64,000 bases of DNA from positions 424,900 to 488,899 of the forward strand of contig OW569369.1 of NCBI GenBank assembly GCA_937625935.1, in the 5' to 3' direction. The stretch is from Tetramitus jugosus. Lineage: Eukaryota > Protista > Heterolobosea. Position numbers and translations under genes: made by a program. Below the pieces are notes generated by a model that ran no database searches, was not told the DNA's origin, and saw only the letters and a program-made list of their open reading frames with translations. Positions within the stretch are counted from its first letter, which is position 1. Each line of letters starts with the position of its first letter. Positions 20,660 to 33,330 of the stretch are shown piece by piece.

Positions 20660-23600
20660 ATGCGAATCATACCGGTCCTTATCATCACACCACTGCCCAA
20701 GGAGACTGACCAACTCTTACGCTTCTTCACATCCAACAAGCACTACCAATATCCATCATCCTCCAACAACTACAACAACAACAACAGTAAAAAGCATCCC
20801 ATTGCAACAATCACCACACATGCGAATCATCCCATCAATAACATCAATAACAGCAGTAGTAATGGTGGCGCTTCAACAAGTAATTCATACCACAACTTGC
20901 ACATTACCACTACCAATAATCATCATGCATCCCATCCGAATCCTCATCACACTCATCATCAGCAACATCAGCAGCAGCAACAGCACATGAGAAGAGGCAG
21001 TACTCACAATAGTAGCAATAATAGTAGTGGTAGTGCTACTAGTAATAAGAATGGTGGTGTCGCGAGTAATTCATCAATGATTCGCCCCAATATGACTTTT
21101 ACACCGACGACACCTACGTCACCTACGTCAATCACTGGTAACAATCATCATTCTCATGTCTTCTCGCATCAACATCATCACAACAATAATAGTAACAATA
21201 GTAATAATAGTAATAATAGTGATTGTGTGTGTTACTATTACAAGAAGAGAGGAACAAATAGTAAGGTTTCCGAGTGGCACATTGAAGATTTTCAACCCGC
21301 ACAACAATCGCAGTCGCAGTCGCAGTCGCAGAACAAAAATGTCAATACATTAGAAAAAGTCTTGTTCAAGGTGACGCATACGGGAGCGAGACATGCACCA
21401 TCATTGAGACAAGCACTGTACAAGCAAGCCATTGAGAACAAGAGTTTAATTGTGTTTTTATTTTCGTATACGAAGAAAGTTCATGTCAATATTCAATTGT
21501 TGAAGGGTAGTCTATCATCCATGAATCATCATCATGTGCGAACAGAATTGCATCACAAACATGATCGAAATGTCGGTGTTGTTGTCAATGGTGGTGTTGC
21601 TACTGCTTCTTCTTCTGTCGTTTCAGCTGCTGTTGCTGCATCTGCTGCGATTGTTGTTGCTGCAGCAGATGACGATGAAAATGAGAATAATGATCAAAAT
21701 GTTGATAAAATGATGAACAATAAGCAAGAGAAGAAGAATAAAAAGCGAGTCAGTAAGAGCGCGAGTCGAAAAAACGAAGAACGAAAAAGTTCTTCGCCAC
21801 TTGCAGGTCATGAGAAAGAAGCAGCAATGAGAGCTTCAATGAACACAATCATACATTATTGTCCTTCATTGTACAAGACTGTGGAAGTGTACATGAGAGA
21901 ATTTGCAGAGTTGTACTATCAGTTGGAATACACGGATAGGAGAGAGGCTTGGAGTGATGATGATTTAAATTTTTGGTTGAGTACGAGACAACAGATGATT
22001 GTGAACAATATTAATAATAATATGAGCGGCGGAGACAATCATCACAAGAATCTTCTTGTTAAGAAGAGCGAGAGTGAAAATGATGGCGATGGTGAGCAGG
22101 AGGAGGACGAAGAACATGACAGTGGTGTCGGACACGCAAGTCATGTCGCAAACAGTAAGCGAAAGAGTGTGAGTCGAAAGAAGAAGAAGAATCGAGAAGA
22201 CGATGAAGAAAGGGAAATGTTGTTGGTGCCGTTACGGAAATCAACAAGCAAAGCACAATCAGATGTTATGCAACAACACTGCAATAACAATATCTCTAAC
22301 TTTACTTACGACCACATGAATAATAATCGAAATAGTGTTGAAACTAACGCGCCTCTATCACCCGAACGAAAACTCAGGAATGTATCTGTGAAACGCAATG
22401 CAATTCCTGTGTCAGCATCTTCTCAATCACCGAGATCGAATCGAGTGTCTCTGCCTACACCATCCAGTACCCTTCTCGCAACTCCATTGGCCAATGGCAG
22501 CGGTGACAAGACAAAAAAGTTAATGTCATTGCCACTTGAAGCAAACAAGAAGGACAAGAAGAGTGTAGATAAAGACGATAATAACAAAAAGGGAACATCA
22601 TCGCTAACATCGCTCTCATTGGCACAGTTCAATCATGCAAATGATAAATCAAAAACAGAGAACCAAAATCACTGGTTGCATCAAAATACTCTGTTCTTGA
22701 ACAGTGGTTGCTTCATGATGGCTGCTCATGTTGATTTACATGAAATGACCAAGGACTCAATGTCCGATTGCAGAAGGCAATTATTTAATGAGACAACTTA
22801 TCGGCCTTTGTTCGAAGACAGAAGCTGTGTCGAGTTTGATTTGAACTTGGGTATCAATGTGAATGAGCTGTTTCATCGATTCTATACTCAATATCAAGAT
22901 AAGGACAATATGAAACTTTTACTGTCCTTGAAGTCTCTCAAACATCCTGAGCAACAACCACACTTGTGGTTGTACAGTGACTCATTGGAGAAGTCCTCGA
23001 CAACTCATCCAGTACACGAACATGATGACCTAGCTCCATCTTTGTCTCTCGATTCTAAACGCACCTCTAGCTCCAAGAAGACTATACCAAACTTGGACAC
23101 GCCATTGCTAGATCGAACATACAAGTCTACTCCTCTGGAGCATCGACATTCCATTGAAAATCTCATTGACATGATCCAGAAATCGGTACAGACGGACAAT
23201 CATCAACATCAGAAACTAATCGATGAGTTGGACCATGAGCATCACTCCAATCGGTCCAAATTGCAACTAAACAAGATATTTCCAACCAAGTTCTTTGGCT
23301 TAAAGAAGAAGTCCAAGGATGGGTCAAACAACAAATCTACTCGAGATAGATTGATCAATGGAGCCACAGTTAAAGGACTCGAGACCAACATTCTGTTAAT
23401 TCCTATTCCAGACAAATTCGTGATGAATCAGCATCACAGAGGCGATCATCAAGATGACGAAAGCTCTTCTTTGAAGGGAGAGGACAATCGTGCGACAAGG
23501 AGTGACACATTCTTCCATGATCGTGTCCACTTTCCACTTCCATTCCCATATTATCACCAACATACACAAAAAGTCAGGTCATCCGTGCTGCACAAGAACG

Positions 23601-24328
23601 ACCTTCATACAGTATACCATCACTCTGGTATAACGAAACCACGACAAAAGTATCCAATCATTGTTCAAACGAACAAGCACCATCGTCCACGAAACAACAA
23701 TCATCAGTCTGGAGCCGATCCTAACCCAGATGGAAATAAGAATAATGGACTCAACCAACGCGAGAACAATGGAAACACGCCAAGAACTCCAGGAGACGAC
23801 AACAAGCTTGTTGCCGAGAGTGAGTTCTTGGAGAATGAATCCTGCTGGGCCGATGATCCGACTGAGAATGATCTCTATGGAGAAACAACCGATGGTAATA
23901 GCGATACCACAGAGGATGATATCTCAGATGATGAGCACAACTATGACAGCAGTAGCTCCAATAGGCACATTAGTCTCGTTAGCAACAGCAGTGTTCAGCC
24001 ATTGTTACGAAAGGGCGCATCCGTTCACCACTCTGGATTCACGACAGGAGACTCCATGATGGAGAGCAATGCAAACTCTAGCGACCTGTTCGATCCTGAT
24101 TCTTTAATAGACAATGACGAGTTCACATTCACATCCGATATGATGACAGAGTTTGAAACTGTTTGTGGAAGTGAACACTCGGCCAGTCTTCTCTCCTCAG
24201 AGCTCTATGACATTCAGAGCAGCATTGTCAGAGGGTCTGACCTGCAAACCTATCTCGGTCGCAGCACCTATGACTTCCAGAGCAGCTCTGCTAATGATAA
24301 CTCATCCTTGGATGTGGTATCCATGTAA
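20660..24328 (+). CDS. Large low-complexity (N/H/Q/S-rich) hypothetical protein
   Basis: Long open frame; first ATG downstream of the tRNA is at 20660 (MRIIPV). Confidence 0.8.
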   Translation: MRIIPVLIITPLPKETDQLLRFFTSNKHYQYPSSSNNYNNNNSKKHPIATITTHANHPINNINNSSSNGGASTSNSYHNLHITTTNNHHASHPNPHHTHHQQHQQQQQHMRRGSTHNSSNNSSGSATSNKNGGVASNSSMIRPNMTFTPTTPTSPTSITGNNHHSHVFSHQHHHNNNSNNSNNSNNSDCVCYYYKKRGTNSKVSEWHIEDFQPAQQSQSQSQSQNKNVNTLEKVLFKVTHTGARHAPSLRQALYKQAIENKSLIVFLFSYTKKVHVNIQLLKGSLSSMNHHHVRTELHHKHDRNVGVVVNGGVATASSSVVSAAVAASAAIVVAAADDDENENNDQNVDKMMNNKQEKKNKKRVSKSASRKNEERKSSSPLAGHEKEAAMRASMNTIIHYCPSLYKTVEVYMREFAELYYQLEYTDRREAWSDDDLNFWLSTRQQMIVNNINNNMSGGDNHHKNLLVKKSESENDGDGEQEEDEEHDSGVGHASHVANSKRKSVSRKKKKNREDDEEREMLLVPLRKSTSKAQSDVMQQHCNNNISNFTYDHMNNNRNSVETNAPLSPERKLRNVSVKRNAIPVSASSQSPRSNRVSLPTPSSTLLATPLANGSGDKTKKLMSLPLEANKKDKKSVDKDDNNKKGTSSLTSLSLAQFNHANDKSKTENQNHWLHQNTLFLNSGCFMMAAHVDLHEMTKDSMSDCRRQLFNETTYRPLFEDRSCVEFDLNLGINVNELFHRFYTQYQDKDNMKLLLSLKSLKHPEQQPHLWLYSDSLEKSSTTHPVHEHDDLAPSLSLDSKRTSSSKKTIPNLDTPLLDRTYKSTPLEHRHSIENLIDMIQKSVQTDNHQHQKLIDELDHEHHSNRSKLQLNKIFPTKFFGLKKKSKDGSNNKSTRDRLINGATVKGLETNILLIPIPDKFVMNQHHRGDHQDDESSSLKGEDNRATRSDTFFHDRVHFPLPFPYYHQHTQKVRSSVLHKNDLHTVYHHSGITKPRQKYPIIVQTNKHHRPRNNNHQSGADPNPDGNKNNGLNQRENNGNTPRTPGDDNKLVAESEFLENESCWADDPTENDLYGETTDGNSDTTEDDISDDEHNYDSSSSNRHISLVSNSSVQPLLRKGASVHHSGFTTGDSMMESNANSSDLFDPDSLIDNDEFTFTSDMMTEFETVCGSEHSASLLSSELYDIQSSIVRGSDLQTYLGRSTYDFQSSSANDNSSLDVVSM

Positions 24329-24458
24329 ATAACCAACCAATGTACAAACAATAACCAATAATTATGTGACTGACTAAAATACAATGTAAATAGCAGAAAG
24401 TATGTCCTTAGAGAAGTAAAAAGTGAAAGAAGATCTCCTTGATGTTTATTTTGTCGTC

Positions 24459-25379
24459 TTACAACACTGCTCCCACAGAAGAACCACCATTCAAAAACTT
24501 TTCAAAGTGCTTTCTTGCCACTCCAATATTCATGTGAGCAGTTGCGCTCTGAATCGTATCATCACTTATAATCACCATGATATAGGTGTTGGGTGTAAAG
24601 CCTTCAATATAGGCACTGAATGCAGAGTTTTGAACCTCCATGCTCGAGAATTGTGCCTGTGCCTTGCTGCAACTCAACTTGAACTGTTTAATAATGTTGG
24701 AAATTTTTTCCAAGCGATGAACATCAGGATGTTCTCTGCTCGTCGAATGAGCAATCACCAGGAACGTGGCTCTCTCAAACAACACAACTTCATCCGCACC
24801 ACAAATATTGGTAAAGTTGTTCAGATTGCCCTCAATGAGCTTAATGTTCGGAATGAGACTGTACACAATGGTACTCCATGCCTTGTACAGCGTCTCATCC
24901 CATATCGAAGTCTTGAAACACGTAATTTTCATCGGACTACTCAACTGTCTCAATTCGGCCTCCTTTTTTCTAAACACCTTGTCACGAGAGTCCTCTGGTA
25001 TGAGATCCATCTTGTGAATGAGACAAAACACTTGAGCATTCTTTGAATTTTGCATAATGGCTTCCAAACAATCGTGATAATAAGCCAAATCCTTTTTCAA
25101 CTCTCTACTCTCTATATCAAACACATAAATGAGCACTTCAACGTTTCTAAAAATGTGATCACGCTGAGATTCCAAGTACGTTTCCATGAATGCGTCTTGT
25201 CCACCACAATCCCACAGATTCAACACTAGATTACCCAGGAATTTGACATGAGAGTGCTCCACGTCAATAGTGGCACCGAGACGCATGGTATCACGTGCGA
25301 TATAGTTGGCAAAAATGATGCTTCTCATGGAGGTTTTGCCACTGCCTGATTTACCCATTAATAACACTTTTTTCTTCAT
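24459..25379 (-). CDS. RRAGA: Ras-related GTPase RagA/Gtr1
   Basis: [50 protein letters not shown]. Confidence 0.97.
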   Translation of the reverse strand: MKKKVLLMGKSGSGKTSMRSIIFANYIARDTMRLGATIDVEHSHVKFLGNLVLNLWDCGGQDAFMETYLESQRDHIFRNVEVLIYVFDIESRELKKDLAYYHDCLEAIMQNSKNAQVFCLIHKMDLIPEDSRDKVFRKKEAELRQLSSPMKITCFKTSIWDETLYKAWSTIVYSLIPNIKLIEGNLNNFTNICGADEVVLFERATFLVIAHSTSREHPDVHRLEKISNIIKQFKLSCSKAQAQFSSMEVQNSAFSAYIEGFTPNTYIMVIISDDTIQSATAHMNIGVARKHFEKFLNGGSSVGAVL

Positions 25380-25613
25380 TGTTTTTTTTGTTTTCTCGTT
25401 TTGTTTTCTCGTTTGTTCGTTCGCGATTTTTGGTTGTTGTTTGTTGTTGTTTCGGTGTTTTTTGGTTTTTTGGTTCCGAGCGTTTGATGGTTTTGTCGTT
25501 TGGCTTTTTTTTTTAAAGGAAATTTTTTTTAAAGAAACTCTTATCAACAGCAACAACAGCAACCAAAATTGTTTTGACCAGGCCTATTTAAGATTATAAT
25601 TGATACAAGTTAA

Positions 25614-28600
25614 ATGACCATCAGACGAGTCAGCATTGATTGCTCAGAAGAAGAATGGAAACGATTGAAGCCACAGGAGAGATACTTGGCCATCATGACA
25701 CAGTACCTCGTTGGTGAATGCAAGAGAAGAAACTGTTCAGGGAGGACGGAGGGTTGTTATAAGTATCACAGCTTTCAAAAGCACCAAAGAGTTGCTCCTC
25801 AACCCATACCTGCACGTCAGATACCGAAATGTGTTGATGAGAAGACTGTTGATGGATATCATCCCAATATCTATAAGACGAATGTTTGCAGTAAAACCAA
25901 CTGTGCACATGGAGACTTTTGCATGTATATCCACCATCCAGATGAAGATGTAGAAGATGACACAAGAGATATGGCACTGGGATTGTATGTGGAAGTAACA
26001 CCTGTGCCACCACCAAGTGACGTAAAGACTGTTGTGGCCAAGATTGTGAAGCCAACACCTGCAGTGAAGCCAGTAATCAAGAATCCAGAGTCTAATGCTC
26101 CTGCAGATCAGCAGATAATTGATGTGTTGAACGATCAGTTGAATGTATTGAAGTCTCAGAATCAGATATTGAATGAGCAACTAGAAGCGAGTCAAACAGA
26201 GTTAAGATTAGCTAAAGAACAGTTGAGTAATATTAATGAAGTTATCGAACAGATCATGACACAAGCGAGTATTGACAGTCAGAAAATGAAAGCTCAGATC
26301 ACAGATCTGACAGAACAGTTAAGCAAGCAGCATCAGTTGCAAGTACCAGAACAGACCACAGCTCTCACAAGCAAGTTAGTTGGCAGTATTACTGGAGTTA
26401 GTCAAAAGTGGAAACAGTTCCTTCAATCTGATAAGAGTCGTGTTGAATTCTCTCAGCTACGAGACCAGAGTAGAGATCAGATGGAGCATATTGAAAGCAG
26501 GCGACGTTTCCTGCAACAACAATTGCAGATTCTTGATGAAAGAGAGTTGCTGGAGAGACAGTTGCAATATGAGATGGAAGAATATGAATCAGCACCAGAA
26601 GTGTTCAAACAATTATCTGTGCAGCTGAAAGAATCATCAGCCAGAATGGACTCTATTTCAAATGAGTTAGAAGCGCTGGACGAGCTGGCCAGAAAAGCTG
26701 TGCCCTCCAGATTCTCACGCAGAGTTGCCCTCACCACATCATCAGAACAGGACAGACTGAGATATGAAGCTTTAGTTGAACAGAAGCTCGGAGAGTTAGC
26801 TCTGTTTGAGAGAGATCATCACTTGCCGATTATACACAGAATGTTGAATATTGCCAGATGGCTACCATTGCAGGAAGTACTTTCAAATCATGAGTTTATT
26901 CAAGAAGTGCAGCTTCTAAGAGATCGACTCTCTGGGTTTACTATCATCGAGAAGTTGTTTGAGAATCTGGATCAGGACAGACACGCTGCGATCATGAAGC
27001 ATTTCAGACTACACACAGATATCATCCAGCTCAACAAGAGCAAGTTCATTGGAGAAGCGAGTGTATCTACTAGTTTCAGCCAGATCTCTATACTACTGGG
27101 CAAAGCATTTAAAGCAAAGCCTGTCATGCAGAACAGATGGGTAGTGCTGAAGCAGTATCCAATTCAAATCACCACAACATCTGATCTGAGTAAGACCCAG
27201 AAGGATGCACTATTGCAGTGCTTCAAAGAGATCTATGCTCTATCCAAACTTACTCATCCAAATGTAATAGTGCTCGAGCAGTACTTCTTGGATCCAGATC
27301 TCAAGTGTATGGTATTGCAATTCCCATATCTGCAGAATGGAACACTCAGAGAGTATCTGGAACAGAAACAACTCTCATTCGAAGACAAGGTTGAAATTAT
27401 GAAACAGCTGCTCAATGCACTCATATATCTTCATTCCAAGGGGATTATCCATAGAGACATTAACTGGAACAATATTCTGATTGGAGAACTGGGTCAACCC
27501 ATCATCGCAGACTTTGACATTAGTAAGGATATATCATCTCAGCTCTCTATCACCACAACTATTGGTGCCAAAGGGTATGTACATCGCTATGTATTGTTTC
27601 TAACTTGTTGCTGACCACAATACACAGAACTGCTGGATATATGGCTCCAGAGATCCAGACAAATGATCCACTCTACTCTGAGAAGAGTGACATATTTGCT
27701 CTTGGAGTGACAATGCTGAAGCTGTTCTTCCCTCAAGTTAATGAAACGTCTCTGGTGAATAGTGACAACATTGATCAGCTGCTCCCATCGAGTATGTCAA
27801 CAAATGAAAAGGAAGCAGTGGAGATTATAAAGTACATGCTGAATAGTACTGTGGACAATAGACCAGATGCAAACGAACTAGGCTCTCATTCCTTCTTCTC
27901 CAGATCGATCATATCCTACTTTGCACATGACAGAAGAATAGTGGATAAGATCATGCAGTCACAGGAGAACAGAGAGAAACTGAAATCGCTAAAGAGCAGG
28001 TATCTGGGTAAATGTCATCTGGCTGTTGATCGCTCCAATATCGTGCATACACTATTGGGAAAGATATCATCCATTCCAGATTCTGAATGGTTTAAAGCAA
28101 CATATATTTCATTCCAGAGGGAATATGGCGCAGATGCTGGTGGGCTGTCACGAGAAGCATTCTCATTGCTGTTTAAACATGTGAGTGACAGTCAGTCATG
28201 TGATCTGTTCAGTAATAATGGAGGATGTCTTCTACCTGGTGTTGATCAGAGCAATCACAGTAAGCAATTTGGTAGAGTATTGGCAAGAATGTTGCTGCAT
28301 GGTATGAAGATGACGTGTAACTTGCATATAATAGTATATGAATTCCTGGTGGGAAATGACAAGACCATTGCAGAGTACTTTAAGCATGAGTCTCATTTGA
28401 GTAGACTGACGGCCTATATTAGCATGTATGATGAATCTGTTGCTTCCCAGATGCGTGATATTGTGATCTATGGTATTGATCAGGTGTTTGGAGATGTTGG
28501 TGCTGAATTGAATGATGGAACAAGAGTCACAAAAAGTACAGAGAAGAAGTATATCATGGAGAGAATATTCGACGTTCTGCTCAATGGTAAGCTAAAGCAG

Positions 28601-29062
28601 CTCCAGCAACTGCGAAGAGGATTGACATCCTGTCCTGAGATTGCTCGCATCGTGGACAGTATGAGTGCTTATGAACTAAAGATCGAGTTGGAAGCTTCAT
28701 TGGATATTACTCCAGCATATGTGATCGATCGTTTGAATATTCATAGCTCTGGATGGTCTCCATATGGTGGTAACTCTGCAGCTGCTGCTTCAGATCGAAC
28801 CACAGGTACAGATCTGATCCAAGTGTTGAAGCAATTCGATACGAAGCATTTGTGCATGTTTATCATGTTCTGTACAGGACAGCCAAATCTGGATGAGAAT
28901 GATACTATTAGAGTTGTTAGATCTGCATCGTCTGTGGCAAACTTACCAACGAGTCATACTTGTGTGAAGCAACTGCAACTTCCAGATTACTGCAATATCA
29001 ATGTATTGAAGGACAAACTAATGACAGCGATCCAAGCAGACTCTGGTTTCGGTTTCATGTAA
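25614..29062 (+). CDS. CCCH zinc finger / coiled-coil / protein kinase / HECT E3 ligase fusion (intron 27575-27627)
   Basis: YHPNIYKTNVC..C..G..C.YIH finger; kinase VVLK, HRDINWNN, DFD. Splicing restores GTAGYMAPE. HECT motifs GADAGGLSREAF and LPTSHTC..QLQLPDY...GFGFM. Confidence 0.9.
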
Positions 29063-29857
29063 GAATAATATATGGAGAGAGTGTCACACTCCTATCCATT
29101 TGCAAATTGTAACATTAAACGAAGAAAATGAACATGACCCAGAAACAGTAATTAGATTCATCTGACGAACCAGGAGAGAATTTCGACCATAGTGTTCTAG
29201 TCAACAGAACGAATGTCTATCGCTTTCAGGTAGTAAAGGATGAGTGTTCTTCTTCATTATTGATAGTCCCTGAGTGGATTTCACACTTGATATATCTTGC
29301 AATAGAATCACCAATCGTATGTGCCTCATCAACCAAGTGTTGCATAGATGATTCTTCAACAAACTTTTGATTCAAGTCTTCTAATACCCTTGTGAGCATT
29401 CACACACATCACTCACACTCAAATTTGAGTTCACTCGTAGACCCAGCCAGTTGCATCAACTTTTTCTGGAAGGCACAGGATTTTTTTTGCCGCCAACTTG
29501 CCAGTTTTTGAAATCTACAAATTGTGTGTTGGATGATGAAGGATGCAAAGGAATAAGGTGTCGAGTGTTGATCATGATCATGATAGTAGCTCTGTGACGA
29601 GAATGAAGAATATATCCATCAGAGATGATTGTTTGAGTGATGAGAAAGGAGAAGCTCGTTCCAATGATCCACAGTCTAGTGTTGCTCAAGAGTCTTTTCT
29701 AGTGATGGAAAAGTCACCCTTTACATACCGTATGTGCTACTGTGTCCATTGTTCAGTTCATTTCCAAGTGTGACAGCGAACTTTCTCACATAGTCAGTTC
29801 ATCCCAGCTCATAATAGCTCTCTGGAAGTCAAGAAACAGCTCATTAAACGGAGGTTA

Positions 29858-31495
29858 ATGTCTGAGCATGTTCTATGGACGATTAAGCGGAAACTCAAGG
29901 GAGAAGTGATGAAGATCAAGTATGATTTGAATGAAGTCACCACGAATTCAATGCTTCTACCACAAATCATGCAAAAGAACAATTGGCAAACGCAGTTGCA
30001 AAATGAAATTTTCAAGTTAGATCGAGAAGCGCTAGATGTGCAAAACGACTCTATCGTGATGCATCATGTTCCAGAACAAATTCAAAGAGTGGCATCGACG
30101 CCTGGGGAGGATTCTTCAACCATTCCTTATTATCTGAGTGTGTCGAAGATTGAACCTCTGGACTGTGTTCAGAATGCTCGGTGTGCGTGGGCCAAATTTG
30201 TCAAGGACCAGACATTGTCCATTTCAAACCAATTGAAGGTTCCATTATGCTCTCCCAATGAAGAGAAGAAGAAAAGTTCGAAGGGACAGCGATCTTCCAG
30301 CAAAAAGAAAGCATCCAGCGAACAAAACGACACTGACAGTAATCCCATCTCGGATGACGCCATAGAAGATAACGATATCGACGACGATAAGCCGAGATAT
30401 ACCGGTGTCTATTCTTGTTCCAAACTGTTTAACACTTGCATACACATTCAAAGTTCTAATCATTCGAGAAGCCTACATACAACAGCCACTTGGGGTCTCA
30501 TTAAGCTCGAATTGAAAACACTGACAAAACCGGAGCTCCAAGATATGTTTTCAAAGTTGAACCCTGAAATCAGACACTATGGTGTAGATGACGAGAACAA
30601 CGATTGGTTTAGTGATGATTGCCTCAATTGTTGTAGAAAGATTGTTCAGTCAAACTACATTCCATCCTTTTATCTTGCAGCTCAAACAGGATTACCAGCT
30701 AGTATCAGACCCAAAATATGGAGTGTACTGCTCAATGCATCCTCTTGTGAATCAGATAAGCAATACTTTCAAACATTGCTCTTAGATGTCTCAAAACGGA
30801 AATTTATGGTCGATGAAATGGTTCACAACGATGTGAAACGAACGAGTGACGACGAGAACTATTTCATTTTCGAAGAAGTGATCGACTCGATAATGATTGC
30901 TTTCTCTAGAGATGCCCGAGTGTATGATATGTGCACGATCAAACCAGTGTCACTTATGACTATGACAAACTCATCCAACATTACATCAATACCTTATCCT
31001 CCCAGTGGTATCATCCCTTTTGAAGGGATATCGCTAATGGCATCTCCGTTTGCCTATCTGTTCTCTAGAATAGAGGATGTGTATTTCGCGTTTCGTAGTT
31101 TCTACTGTCGATACCTATGTAAACTGCACACTATATCATCGAAACACGAGAGCTTGATTCACTTATGTAAGACATTCGAAGATTTGCTGCAAAATCATGA
31201 CCCTCAATTGTTCTATCATTTACTGCATTTGAAAATCCATCCACTGGAGATTGCATTCAACTGGATCTACCATGGATTTGCTGGATATCTGACTGTGGAT
31301 CAACTGTTGCTATTGTGGGATCGGATCATTGGTTTCGATAACTTGTATCTGTTGCCCATACTTTCTGTGGCCATCTTCTCGTTCAGGTCAAAGTTTTTGA
31401 TGCGAGTGGAAGCAAAACAAGAAATCTATGATGTCTTCTCTGACTTTACAGTGGTGAAGGTCGTACCTCTCCTCCAAGTATTTCTGTTCACGTAA
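29858..31495 (+). CDS. TBC1D19: Rab-GAP TBC domain protein (TBC1D19-like)
   Basis: DDENYFIFEE, YPPSGIIPFEG, LLLWDRIIGFD. The frame is open back to an acceptor at 29793, so upstream exons are likely. Confidence 0.85.
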   Translation: MSEHVLWTIKRKLKGEVMKIKYDLNEVTTNSMLLPQIMQKNNWQTQLQNEIFKLDREALDVQNDSIVMHHVPEQIQRVASTPGEDSSTIPYYLSVSKIEPLDCVQNARCAWAKFVKDQTLSISNQLKVPLCSPNEEKKKSSKGQRSSSKKKASSEQNDTDSNPISDDAIEDNDIDDDKPRYTGVYSCSKLFNTCIHIQSSNHSRSLHTTATWGLIKLELKTLTKPELQDMFSKLNPEIRHYGVDDENNDWFSDDCLNCCRKIVQSNYIPSFYLAAQTGLPASIRPKIWSVLLNASSCESDKQYFQTLLLDVSKRKFMVDEMVHNDVKRTSDDENYFIFEEVIDSIMIAFSRDARVYDMCTIKPVSLMTMTNSSNITSIPYPPSGIIPFEGISLMASPFAYLFSRIEDVYFAFRSFYCRYLCKLHTISSKHESLIHLCKTFEDLLQNHDPQLFYHLLHLKIHPLEIAFNWIYHGFAGYLTVDQLLLLWDRIIGFDNLYLLPILSVAIFSFRSKFLMRVEAKQEIYDVFSDFTVVKVVPLLQVFLFT

Positions 31496-31558
31496 TCTCA
31501 AGTCTCATTAATCACTAAATACATACAACAACAGGAGTTACAATACAAGCGTTTTTAT

Positions 31559-32761
31559 TTACACTCCAAGACGCAGTTGGTCCAACTTGTTCAACAAATT
31601 TTGAATTCGCTCGATTTGTTTCTTTCGATGTCGTTTCACTTCATCGTCACCAACAACGGTATCCAACTTCAGCATCTCTCTGGTCAACATCTCGTCACAC
31701 CATTTGATCTTATACTCATACTTGTCTTTCGGTAGGTTTCGTCTGGTTTCGTCTGTCAACAAATTATGAACTTCCTTCTCGATATCAGAAATATTGTGCG
31801 AAATCTTCTCAATTTCCATTATTTGCTGCAACTTAAGCTCCAGATCTTCCTTGGATTCTCCTTCTTCTGCTATGCCTTCCTCATTCGATTCTGTATCAAA
31901 GCTCTCAAGATCTTGTTCCGCTGTCTGTTGATATTGACCTCGCTTGTCTCGTTTCGTCTTCTTTTGCTTGAGCTTTGGCTTTTGAGTTGCATTACTTGGT
32001 CGAGATTGGCGTTTGGATTGATCCAACGGTATCTTGTGATGATGCAAATCACCACCAAAAGGCTGTTCCTGACCACCTTGTTGTTCTGCTCTATTGATTG
32101 CTACTCGATTCACATTTGCTGCTTGCTCTTGTTCTCCTTCGTCCTCCGATGAGGAATACACCTGTGATTGATTCGTTGATCTTCTTGAGAATGGTGATGT
32201 TGTCATTCCTTTGGCAATGCGCTGTCCCGTGTTGGACAGGAAAGATGTATTGGGGTTGTTGGTAGCAGAGGTCAATGGTTGCGGTGGTGGTGTCAAGGGT
32301 TCTCGTGCACTCATCTCCTGACTCTTCTTCACCTTTTTAGGTGGTTCAATCTCTTCTCGGTAGATTTTTGCCGGATAGGGTCTGCTCTGTGCCTGGATGG
32401 TCTGGTCCGAATTTTGATCTTGTTGAGGTTGTGACTGTGCTTGTAGTTGCTGTTCTTGTTCGTTGTCAGTGACCCAAATTTTTCTCGTACCACCACCACT
32501 ACCGAATGTCTGAGCAGGAGGTGATACTACCTTGTTCAGTGGAACTACGCGCTCTTCTTCATCTTCCATTGATTGTTCATCAATCTCGTTTTGAGTGGTT
32601 GTGCGCATTGTTGCTTCATCAGGCACTAACCTCTGGTTCGCATACTTTTTGGGCGCCAGACCATAGCGCTGACTCCAAGGTCTCCTTTTCTGCGCGGACA
32701 ATGGTTGTGTCACATCATCCAAAGTATGGTGATGCTCCCTTCTCGAATGATCGTTTCCCAT
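31559..32761 (-). CDS. BAG-domain co-chaperone with putative N-myristoylation site
   Basis: MGNxxS start; C-terminal EMLTREMLKLDTV...RKKQIERIQNLLNKLD. Confidence 0.85.
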   Translation of the reverse strand: MGNDHSRREHHHTLDDVTQPLSAQKRRPWSQRYGLAPKKYANQRLVPDEATMRTTTQNEIDEQSMEDEEERVVPLNKVVSPPAQTFGSGGGTRKIWVTDNEQEQQLQAQSQPQQDQNSDQTIQAQSRPYPAKIYREEIEPPKKVKKSQEMSAREPLTPPPQPLTSATNNPNTSFLSNTGQRIAKGMTTSPFSRRSTNQSQVYSSSEDEGEQEQAANVNRVAINRAEQQGGQEQPFGGDLHHHKIPLDQSKRQSRPSNATQKPKLKQKKTKRDKRGQYQQTAEQDLESFDTESNEEGIAEEGESKEDLELKLQQIMEIEKISHNISDIEKEVHNLLTDETRRNLPKDKYEYKIKWCDEMLTREMLKLDTVVGDDEVKRHRKKQIERIQNLLNKLDQLRLGV

Positions 32762-33330
32762 TTTTTTTTAACCTCTTGATGATTTGTTTGTATCCGATAA
32801 GAATTTCCTTGTACGTGATACGAGTTGTTTCTTACAATGAGTTGTGTTCCGCAAAAAATAATACTTTTTCGAACATGAACTATTTTGGATAAATACTCCT
32901 ACCGGAGGTGACCACAAAATCGAGTGTGCCATTTTGTTGGTTGGGATATCCTCAATTGAGTTGCCTTGTTGCCGGCCTCAATGGTATCTTCATTTGGTCA
33001 GCAATATTCATTAAATATTGTGATGTTTGAAGGAACGTGTGTTTCAATATGAGATCAATCCCGTTGATCGCAATCGCAACATTCAATTCGGTGAGATCGA
33101 ATGTACTACAGTCTCAAAGAACCAATCGGTTGGCAATTTGCTTTCGAAATCGGTCCTGATCTCCCGCTTCATCGGCCACGTGCCACCCTCGAGGTTTTCA
33201 CACACGACGGATAATTGCGATCAACGAACGGCACACACCCACACGAACCCTCACAAAAAATTCGGATATCTCGAAACGCAAAAGCAAACAACAACAACAA
33301 CTACAACACAACGTCACAACATAACACAAT

